Position numbers and translations under genes: made by a program
Notes under the pieces: generated by a model
What the model was told of the DNA's origin: nothing
The model's input: only the letters and a program-made list of their open reading frames with translations
The model's database searches: none
Part shown: positions 13,996 through 24,800 of the stretch, piece after piece
Position numbering within the stretch: position 1 is the stretch's first letter
How the letters are laid out: each line of letters begins with the position of its first letter
Assembly (NCBI GenBank): GCA_047967505.1
Contig: CM106538.1
Source: Dipteris shenzhenensis
Lineage: Eukaryota
Reading direction: 5' to 3' (one strand)
Length of the DNA: 64,000 bases

Positions 13996-14313
13996 GACTT
14001 CGTCATGGCTGAGTTTGCCCTTCACCTCCGGAGTGCCGACAGAAACTCAGTACGAAGACTTTGTATAAATGGATGCTCAAGTATGTGTGGGTGTGTGGAT
14101 TTGTATGTGTGAGAGCATACTTTTATACTATGGTCTACACCCACTGTTGGGCGCTGATGACGTAAGTGGGGATGTCATAGTAGCTAGTCCCTGCTATGCG
14201 TGATGGAGTTTATGGTTTTCAATCTTATGAGTGACTCTCGTGAGATTGAAACTGCACTATGTTGTGTTTTTAGAGGATGAGTTTGGGATTGTTCCTGGAT
14301 TCATCTATGTATA
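13996..14313 (+). mobile_element. 559-nt structured retroelement, 5'-truncated copy A
   Basis: 14-bp TSD TGAAAAATCTAATC at 13982-13995 and 14314-14327. Confidence 0.85.
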
Positions 14314-14330
14314 TGAAAAATCTAATCCAC

Positions 14331-14700
14331 GTTTATGAGCAACCACATTTTGCAAAAGTCATACTGCTTTTCAAAGGGAAAATATATATGGGAATTTTCT
14401 TCAAACATATCTTATAAATCTTCCATTATAATTGATATAGGTTGTGGCACGTTGTTTGTGGATACATATACAGGTTGCACTTACAAATTTTGGCAGTCTT
14501 TTATATCACTACGCCAAAATTTGAGCTAAAATCTCATCAGCGTTTATGAGCAACCACATTATATATGGGAATTTTCTTCAAACATATCTTATAAATCTTC
14601 CAATATAATTGATATAGGTTGTGGCACGTTGTTTGTAGATACATATACAAGTTGCAATTACAATTTTTTGGCAGTCTTTGATATCACCATGCCAAACTTT
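14331..14700. repeat. Tandem duplication, period ~211 bp
   Basis: GTTTATGAGCAACCACATT at 14331 and 14542 with collinear downstream sequence. Confidence 0.8.
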
Positions 14701-16463
14701 GAGCTTGTAGAAGTAGGAATATAGCTTGCTTGTTCTATTAGCTTGCTTGTTCTATGCTTTACAAGTTGATCGTTACTTTGTTTTCAGTTCTCAGATTCTA
14801 TGAGTGAGTGTTCGCTTCCTCTTTTGATTGTGTGTAAGTTTCTGGTGTGGGTCTCCAATCTCTTTGGACCATGAGTTCTTGTTGGAGTGTATCGAGGAGA
14901 GGGTGAGTGTTTTAGTTTTCAAGTCTAGGTGAGCCTCAGCGTGTGGGGGTTGGAGATGTGTTTCCTTCTTTTTTAGTCTCGAGGTTTTTTTGGGTGAGAG
15001 TTTGAGGGTTGTGAGATTCCTTACATTGTGGGGGTGAGGTGTTTCAACTACTCGAACTAGTTGGCTTTTTGGAACCTTTGCGAAGAGAACAACCAATAGG
15101 GGAGTTGCAACCAATGTGTTGTAGATATCATAGTCAAAGAGTGTGTTGGTGTGAAGTGTTGGTGTGTAGTACTAGGTGATCTAGTGCTAGTCTATTTGTG
15201 AGTCTTGTGTGAGTACCATGTGTCATCATAGGACTTATCCCACATGCACTAGGTGCTAGTGTGAGTGTGTAGCCTATATAAAGGCTTGTACTTCACTTGT
15301 CATGATATACTTGATGAATGAATGAAAGCCTTTTGTCATGTCTTCATTTTAGTATCATTCCTCACACCCTAACCTTCTCTCTCTCTCTCTCTCTTTCTCT
15401 CTCTCCACCATGTTTCTAATTTTATGATCTAGAAATGGAAGAGAGTGATGAGTTGAGTGATCATCTAGCCCGGTTTCAATCTCTTGTTCAACAACTCTCA
15501 AGTTTAAAAAGTGTACTTGATGATGAAGATAAGATGGTGTTCTTATGAATAGTATGCATGGAATTTCTCGCTTTGAGCACTCTTGAAATCCTTTGTCCTG
15601 CCAACTACCACGTTTGATGATAAGGTTGAAGGATCGTTGCAATAAGGAAGCCGCTTGCCTCTCATGTCGATCATGCATTTGCTTCCACAAGCTATCGTAG
15701 AAACAACTAGAATAGTGTAGGCTTGCTCACCACCAACCATTACGTTCGTGAGTAAAGAACTTGAGAAATTGGGACGTCCCCTCGGAGCCACGAGTTGAGT
15801 TGTTGGCATATCTTCCAACCAGTTCCCAACGAGCCTGGTGTCCCATACCACCGAGTGGCTCCCAAAGACTTTGGAACCGTTGTTGGTTCTTGAATCACGC
15901 TAGGATGTAGGTGCACGTTCACGACATGATCCAGGATCAGACCGACAAGGAGAAACTAGACTTACTGCTTTTTACTCTATTGAAAACCGAACCCTTGGGC
16001 TCCTTATATAGACATGAGCCCAGTATGCCTAAAATAGCAAGAAAGCCTAATTCATAACCCTAATCCATGTGTGCCCTTGCAACTCAACTCGAGAATTGTT
16101 TCACTTAATCTTGTATTTTGTGATTGTCCTGTTTTTGACCTGATGCTCACGAGATCCAAGAATACTTTTAGGTTCATGTGGTACAAAGGTTAAATCTTTA
16201 ACCTTTATGAGTTCTTGAGGAGTCACAAGATGATCCTGAGCCCCCAATAATTCCTTTAGTCTACTAACATGAAAAATTGGATGCACTCTTACATTAGGAG
16301 GCAATTCTAGTTCATATGCAAGTTGTCCAATTGATCTTATTATCATGAATGAACCACAGTGACTGGGGGATAATTTCTTAACCTTACCAGTATTTAGGCT
16401 CTTGGATTCCTTGGGAATGTGTAACTATACCTGCATTCCTAAAGAGAACTCTCTGGGTGAAAT

Positions 16464-16913
16464 CGTTGCTCTATTAGCTAGATTTAGATGCTCGTTTGGA
16501 AGAGACTCAAATGAAATCGTTTAGACTTCACAAGTAGTTGTAGCTTGAATGAAGAGTTTTTGGACTACTTTTTGATTAGCCTTCTCCTTTAGTGCTTGCC
16601 TTCGACATGGTTGAGTCTGCCCTTCACCTCCGAAGTGCTGACAGAAACTCAGTACGAAGACTTTGTATAAATGGATGCTCAAGTATGTGTGTGTGTGGAT
16701 GTGTATGTGTGAGAGCATATTTTTATACTTTGGTCTACACCCACTGTTGGACGCTGATGACATCGGTGGGGATGTCGTAGTAGCTAGTCCCTGCTATGCG
16801 TGATGGAGTTTATGGTTTTCAATCTTATAAGTTACTAGCGTGAGATTGAAATTGCACTATGTTGTGTTTTTAGAGGATGCGTTTGGGAATGTTCTTGGAT
16901 TCATCTAGGTATA
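16464..16913 (+). mobile_element. 559-nt structured retroelement, 5'-truncated copy B
   Basis: Matches unit 39268-39826 and ends ...CATCTAGGTATA; no TSD found, and flanking integrase sequence is missing. Confidence 0.8.
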
Positions 16914-17063
16914 TACTCTTTTTGTCTGGCCATTAGATTGGGGATGCCCTTAGGAACTCAAATTACGAGTGATATCTAACTTGTAAAAAATAAGTGTCCA
17001 ATAGTCACATATAAACTTAGAGTCCCTATCGCTATCTATGTTAATGGGCAAACCATATAGCCT

Positions 17064-17680
17064 CACACATGCAAATTTCACGTTGGGAAGTTTTCATCCA
17101 AGTGCGATAATTCTTTCTATCTTAAATGGCGCGTTGCCCTATCAGCTAGATTTAGATTTAGATGCTCGTTTGGGAGAGACTAAAATGAAATCGTTCAGAC
17201 TTCACAAGCAGTTGTAGCTTGAATGAAGAGATTTGGACTACTTTTTGATTAATCTTCTTCTTTAGTGCTAGCCTTCGTCATGGTTGAGTTTGCCCTTCAC
17301 CTCCGGAGTGCCGACAGAAACTCAGTATGAGTATAAATGGATGCTCAAGTATGTGTGGGTGTGTGGATTTGTATGTGTGAGTTTGCCCTTCACCTTCGGA
17401 GTGACGACAGAAACTCAGTACGAAGACTTTGTATAAATGGATGCTCAAGTATGTGTGGGTGTGTGGATTTGTATGTGTGAGAGCATACTTTTATACTATG
17501 GTCTACACCCACTATTGGGCGCTGATGATGTCAGTGGGGATGTCATAATAGCTAGTCCCTGCTATATGTGATGGAGTTTATGGTTTTCAATCTTATGAGT
17601 GACTCTCGTGAGATTGAAACTGCACTATGTTGTGTTTTTAAAGGATGAGTTTGGGAATGTTCTTGGATTCATCTAGGTAT
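17064..17680 (+). mobile_element. 559-nt structured retroelement, near-full copy C with an internal ~90-bp duplication
   Basis: 14-bp TSD AAACCATATAGCCT at 17050-17063 and 17681-17694; the TSD is Gypsy integrase sequence, so it is target-derived. Confidence 0.87.
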
Positions 17681-18228
17681 AAACCATATAGCCTAAATAA
17701 TTGGTCAACATACCTTTGAGCCAATTGACTTGTTGTGATGGTTGTGATGGTTGATCTAGTAGGTAAAAATCTTTCCATCTTTGTCAAATGATCTATTGTA
17801 ACCTAAATGGCATCATGGCCCTTGCGCGAATTGGCAAACTGGTAATAAAATTCATAGAAATACTTTCCCATTATTACTTAGAATATGCAATGGCTGTAAT
17901 AAACCTACGCTCTGTGGGCATTCAACCTTAGTCACTTGATAAATTTGAAAACCTAGCATATAATTCTCAACAAACCCCTCATCTTAGGCGAGCATAAGTA
18001 TGCTTCACCAAAGATAGTGTCCTATGTACACCTGGTGTCTTGAACTAGGTGCATCATGACACTCTCGGAGAATCTTGGATCAAAGATCCGATAAAACCGA
18101 TATACAAATCTTTTCATTTCGGAACATCAAGCCATACCGAATAATCCACTGGCCTCCTGCGGCCTATATCCTAGGTAGCACAATCCCGGAGTCTTGATCA
18201 ATCATGGACGTCCCATTTTGGACCTTAT

Positions 18229-19352
18229 TGTTGGAAAGGTCACCTCCCCATTTGTAAGCCCCCATATGAGGAGAGCGTGGGGGAGGGAGACCTAGGCCAG
18301 AATGTGCCCAAGAGAAAAGAAAGAGAGGGGGCTGCCACATGGGCAACACCTCACATCAAAGAGACCAGCATGGTTGCAATGAACGGAACCTGTGGAAGGA
18401 GCAGATGGTGGGGACAGCAAGTCCTGGATCTAACCTGGCAGGAGATCAGTCAGGGGCAACAGATATGGCGCGGGATTGCAAAGATAAAGGCGCCTATGTG
18501 GAGGGCATCTGTGTGCAGATGGTCAGCCTCCAACAGAGCCTACAGGTGGTGCAACCATGGAAGGGAGCAGCAGCCCCTGGGTCGGCCATTGGCTGAGGCT
18601 GGTGGGTCTGGTTGGAGCCAGCAAATCAGTCCTGGAGATGGACTGGCCAGGGGGGCTGAATCCCTGGAACAAAGGCTGTAAAAGGGCCTAGAGAAGACCC
18701 TTATATAGGATCCTGGTTGGGCTGGTAGGGGCAGCCAACCAGGTCGGTTTTAGGGCAGACAGAAAGTTGGCCATTTAGGGGTCTGCCAGTCGGTTCTTGC
18801 AGCAGGCCTTGGGGACTATAAAAGGGGAGGCCCTAGGCCTCACAAATCATTCAACAGCTCAGCCATCAGAGGAGCAGCAGGAGCAGCTACACTCACACCC
18901 TCAGGCCTACATCCAGGAGGCAGAGGAGACTAGGAGTTGCTGCAGACAGAGTTCATCTAGGGCTGGACCTTGGCTGTCTTCTAGGGCAGCAAGGTGTTTG
19001 GATCTTTGGACGGAAAGTCTACTTACGCTCGAGGTGGAGCACGCGGGCTCGAGTCTAGAGATAGTAAGCAGATAGTAGAAGTACCTTGTGGTAAGATCAG
19101 AGGACCACACCATTGGTGGGACTCTGTATCTATCTCTTTTGTATTGTGTCCATAGCTTTGGATGGAAATACATTATTTTGTTGGTTTCTCTATTTGGCTG
19201 GTTCATTGTCTATTGATGAGTCTGCACATCTATTCTATGCACATTAAGTTAAGAAGTTTGTGATTCCACACCCCACACGCACATTGTGTGAGCTCTTGGG
19301 CATTACTATTAGTATTCCGCTGTGCGTACCCTCTGTTGGGTCATTTCTAACA
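18229..19352 (+). mobile_element. Solo LTR (1124 bp)
   Basis: TGTTGG...CTAACA termini, 5-bp TSD CTTAT, internal TATAAAA box. Confidence 0.9.
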
Positions 19353-19923
19353 CTTATGCTCATAAGAACCGAAGTGACTATCAGTTGCGTATAGCCCTCT
19401 CAAGAATTGAAATAGATAAGAGGTATCTCCGTAAATCACATAGCATTTACCGTCTTAATCCGACTTCGAGCATTAGCTACACTATTCAAGAAACCTTCTC
19501 AATGCCGGATCTCAAAATCAAAATCTTGCATCAAGGTGGTCCATCTAGCCTCTCTCTCCCTCATATTAGTCCCATCGCACACATACTTGATTAATTGATG
19601 ATCAGTCAACACGGCAAATCTGGAATCATACAGATAGTGTCTCCCTTGAGAGCATACACCATTGCATAAACCTCGTTCTCTAGGTTGGCCAACAATATGG
19701 AGTGTCATCTAGGTTTTACTCTCAAAAGCAATTGGTCTGTCCTCTTGGAATAATGCTGTCCCAAGGCATAATCATTCGCATTGCCCAGGTAGGATCGTGC
19801 AATGCTAGAACAGGTGATTCCTTGACACAAACTTTCAACGTGTTGAAAGCCTTGTTCAATTCTTGAGTCCAAGTGATAGGCTGATTGGACCGATGTCCAT
19901 GACCTTTCAATATGTTGGTCAAG

Positions 19924-20640
19924 GGAACCGTGATTTTAGAATAATTATGCACTGACTTTCTTAGGAAGACAATAAATCCTAGGAAAGAACAATGTTGTTT
20001 CATAGATTGAGGTATTAACAAATCCAAAATCTTCTGAATGCGATCTAGATCAATGCCGACCCCTTCACTTGAGATCTTGTGTTCCAAGTAAATGATCTCC
20101 TTCATAAAGAAGTTGCATTTACTCATATTGGCATACAATTGATGATGTCTTCCTAACATTAAGACAATGCTGAGGTGGCCAATATGGTCCTCTAACATCT
20201 TGTTGTGAACTAAGATGTCATCGAAGAACGCGACGATAAACTTGCCCAAATAATCTCAGAACAAGTCGTTCATCATTTGTTGGAACCGTGATTTTAGAAT
20301 AATCATGCACTGACTTTCTTAGGAAGACAATAGATCCTAGGCAAGAACAACATTGTTTCAGAGATTGAGGTATCGACAAATCTAAAATCTTTTGAATGCG
20401 ATCTAGATCAATGCCAACCCCTTCCCTTTAGATCTTGTGTTGTAAGTAAATGATCTTCATAAAGAAGTCACATTTACTCATCTTGGCATACAACTGATTA
20501 TGTCTCCATAACATTAAGACAATCCTGAGGTGGCCAATATGGTCCTCTAACGTCTTGTTGTAAATCAAGATGTCATCCAAGAACACGACGATAAACTTGC
20601 CCAAATAATCTCAGAAGAATTCGTTCATCATTTGTTGGAA
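19924..20640. repeat. Tandem duplication (~358 bp) inside the Gypsy RT
   Basis: GGAACCGTGATTTTAGAATAAT starts at ~19924 and ~20282; GGAA microhomology at the junction. Confidence 0.8.
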
Positions 20641-20954
20641 GGTTGCGAGAGCATTAATCAATCCAAAAGGAAATATGAGAAACTCGTAATGGCCATACCT
20701 AGTTCAAAAGACCATCTTTTCGATATGTTTTACATAAATGCGTATCTGGTGATAGCTAGTATGCAAATCAATCTTAGTGAAATATTTCGCTCTCGCCAAG
20801 CTAACTATTAAGTTGTCAGATCAAGGGAGAGGATATTTATTCTTAATTATCACTTTATTTAATTGTTTATAATCAACACACATTCTCCATGTATTATTAT
20901 TTTTCTTCCTTACAAAGCAGATGCAGTCAAGGGTGATTTACTTGGGCATATATA

Positions 20955-21465
20955 TGTTAGAAATCAATGACCCCACTTGTGAGCCCGTGATTGGAGGGGG
21001 CAAAGGGGCATTGGATGGGGTTTTGGAGGGGATTGATGGCTGTGGGGAGGCACCTCTAGAGGCAGATCTGGGGGCTGCATATGTGAAGCAAGGCAGCAGC
21101 CCAAAGGGCCATGAAGGAGGCCCTTTCATAGGGCAACCAAGGCAGGCCAAGAGCTGACCAAACAGGTCAGTCCACACGCTGAAAAAATCGGTACAAAGGG
21201 CAAGGGTCTGCCCGCTGCTGGTCGGCTTTGCAGCCCTGCTCCAGGGGCTATATAAAGCCCCCCCTACTCCCTCAATCTCCATCAGCCAACAAGGCAGCGC
21301 GGAGCAGGAGAAGACATCGAGAGAGTTCTCAGTTTTGTGAGCCAGCCTTGCTACTCATCTTGCGCTCACCTTGAGCTGTGTTTTGCCTATTATTTGGTGG
21401 AGGAATATTATTTGAGTTCTCTCTCTTGTGTATGCTGTTTATGCTCTATCTTGTGAGTGAGCTCC
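20955..21465 (+). mobile_element. Truncated LTR-like fragment
   Basis: Starts TGTTAGAAA...CCCCACTTGTGAGCCC, resembling the solo-LTR family start; TATATAAA near 21250; no 3' terminus or TSD found. Confidence 0.5.
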
Positions 21466-21839
21466 AAAGGACTAAATCTATGCGATGATCCATTGAGGTA
21501 AATCTTTTGGCATTGGGTTGGAAAATTGAAATACATCACTGAATTCATTCAACAAGTTCTTGGTGTTCAAACACATCCAACCTGTTTTTAAACTACTCTA
21601 TCCCAAGTAGCAAGTCCACATGACTAAGTGCATAACATAGCACGTCAAAATATCGTCGTATGCCTGAATCTTGATTGGAAGGTCCTCAACCTTGTGATCC
21701 CAAAACTACTTCTCAATAGGAAGGTGCACCTCGTTGGTGTAATTGCTAAGTGCTATGGTCAGCCCCAATCTCTATAATTCACAAAATTGTGAGAGCTGCT
21801 TGGATTGAAGAGAACATGTACTTATTGATCCCTCACTTC

Positions 21840-24800
21840 TGTTGAGATTGACATCTCCAGGTGTTCTGTACAGAGTGAGGGCCTTTGATGTGGGTGTGCC
21901 CGCCCAGTGAGAGAGGTCTCAGTTAGTCCGTATTCAGGTTCTTTTTCGACCTCCACAGGACTCGCTCCAGCACAATTCCGGCACCCACGAGACAGGGCCG
22001 AAGCGGGGGATAGAGGGGGACAGACCAGGCCGACCAACCCTGGCCGACCAGCTCCTGGCCGACCAACTCTGGCCGACCAGCCCCTGGCCGACCAGCTCCT
22101 GGCCGACCAGCTGGTCGGCCCAGTTGGCTGACCGACCAGCTGGTCGGCCCAGGCCACCTACCCTGGCCTCCCCTACATAAGGGCCCTCCCCCTCCTCATT
22201 TTGATCATCTTCTGGTGCAGCTCCTCAGGCCTCCTGCAGCTCTCTGCCTCCTCCAGTGCTCCTCTGCTGCCCTGCTGCCTGCCCTCGCTCCCCTTGCAGA
22301 TCTTTCACCCCTGCCTGTTGCTGTCCTTCAGTTCAGCCCTGGTGTTCCTGCTTCTCAGCTCATATTTGCACCTCTCCTTCCAGCTTCCGCTGCTGCCTTT
22401 GAGTGCCCGCATTGCTGAGCTTCTGAACAGCATTACTCTGCCTTCTACAGTCTCTCTCAGGCTCTTCTAGCAGGCTGTACTACAGGTTTTGTATTGCTGT
22501 TATAGAGCAGTATTTTCTCCTCTATTTACTATTTATGAGGATTGTATCTACATTTTACTGCTTCATTGAGGGCTGAATTACAGCAACCTTTCAGGCCTAC
22601 TGGTGTCTCATGCTTTCCTGTTATATTCACTCACTGCTCATATATTAACATGGTATCAGAGCACCAGAATACTCTCTGATCTTGGAGCTCCTGTAGTGAT
22701 GAAGTAGAAGGAGCTCGTCCTCGTCGGCAACTCTCTTTCCCGCTGACTACAGAGCTCTCTTCCTCCCCTATATATATATATATATTTTTTGCTGCCTTCC
22801 TCTCGTCGACAGCCCCGTTCCAGATTTCGATCTGCTCACCAGCACCTATTCTCCTGGTCGGCTGCCCTCTTCAGCCCCTGGTTGCTGTCCACTCCCTGTT
22901 TCCAGTCATGGCTGCTGAAACAAAAGATTCCGCTCCGGATCTCCGCGTTCCCCCTATGTCCAGCTTCTTTCAAGAGTCTGACAAGCCTGTACGCATCCCC
23001 ACCCTTCCTACATTTCCAGATGCTCGACAGTTGGATGGGACCAACTATTCCCTTTGGAAAGTTCAGATGGCATCCGTATTGGAATCTTATGATCTTGCCA
23101 AGTTTGTTGATCTCGGGATCCCTCGTCCGACCCCTGAGGATGATCCGCATGCTTCTCTTATCTGGGACAAATTGAATGCTCGTGTGCGCTCGTTCATCTT
23201 TCTCAATTGTCAACCAGGGGTTCTCAATCATATCAAGCACCTTACTTCTGCACGTGCTATTTGGGAATTCCTTGATGGCATGTATCTTCGCGTCACTCCC
23301 ATGAAACGTATCTCCTTGGAAGTTCAGCTTCGTCGCCTCGATCCGGCTACTTCCTCTTCCATACGGGACCACATCAATAAAATGCAGAGCATGCATCGGG
23401 ACATCCTCCATGCAGGCAAGGATATCTCCTTCGAAGATATGGCTATTACTCTCTTATCTCATGTTATTACAGACAGTCGATACGCCGCATTCTATTCTTC
23501 TCTTATTACCTCTGGCCGTCTCAGCACCATCACTTGGGAGGAACTTGTCCCCATGATGATGGATCAGGAGGAACAGTTCATCAAATCCTCTGATGGCCCT
23601 TCTGAGGCTCTTGTGGCCCACCGTCCTAAACCTCGATCCAAGAATGCTCCGTCCTTTGCCGCTAGCTCATCTTCTTCGGATCCCTCCACAGCGACCGTCC
23701 TGCTCCCAAAGGCAATTGCAATCACTGTGGCACTCCCGGCCATTATTGGCGCAATTGTCCCTACCGCAAACACAAACGAGCCGACGCACCCATGGCCGCT
23801 GCGGCTGATGCTTCCCTTACCCCCACCCTTGCATTTGTTAACCTTGAGCTCTTGAATTCGGTACCCCTTTCTGAAGTAGAGTCATTGGCTCTCCATAGTT
23901 CCGATGCTCGTGAATGGATCGTTGATAGTGGGGCTTCTCGGCATATGACCCCCTCCTCCTCGCTGCTCCAGGATCTCACTCCTCATCCTGGTCGTGTCTG
24001 CATCGGCGACAAGCACTCTATTCCTGTTCATTCAGAGGGCTCTCTTGATATTATTCCTGATGGCAAAGGGGGTAAACACTCCTCTCGTGTTCTTTATGTT
24101 CCGTCTCTCGGCTTTCATCTCCTTTCTGTTCATCAGATTTGTCAAAACAATATGAAGGTCGAGTTTGAAGCAACCTCTGTTACCATCCGCGATCGTGCTA
24201 CAGGACAGCCGGTTTGGACCGGCCATTCTACTAACGGTATCTACAAGCTTGTTGCCCTTCCCTCCCTTACAGGCACCTCCCTTGGTGACCTTTGGCACTA
24301 CCGGTTTGGTCATCTACACATTGATGCTCTCCATCGTGCATTCCGTGACCAGCTTGTCCCCGGCCTCCCTGACGTCGGCACTCGCCAAGGTCTGTGTCCC
24401 TCTTGTATATTGGGCAAACAACATCGCGAGCCGTTCGCCCGTCATGCCTCTCGCCGTGCCACCGTTTCGCTTGGCGTTGTTCACCTCGACTTATGTGGCC
24501 CTATGCAAGTTATGTCACTGGGGGGAGCCTCGTACTACATGCTCCTTGTTGATGACTTCAGTGCTATTCTTGGATCTATTTTCTTTCCCACAAGGATCTG
24601 GCTTTCAGTCGATTCCAGACCTGGCTGGCCCTTGTCGAGAAAGAATCCAACCACTCGCTCAAAATTCTTCGTGCTGATAAGGGTGGCGAGTTCACCTCTC
24701 TCGAGTTTGATCGGTTCTTGAGTAGTCATGGTGTCAAACGGGAATTTGCCAACACCGGTACCCCTTCTGATAATGGCGTGGTTGAACGTAAACATCGTAC

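Noticed and set aside
14780-16090. LTR-like pieces with TATA boxes near 15275 (+) and 16008 (-)
   Set aside because: Probably retroelement debris, but boundaries and TSDs could not be defined
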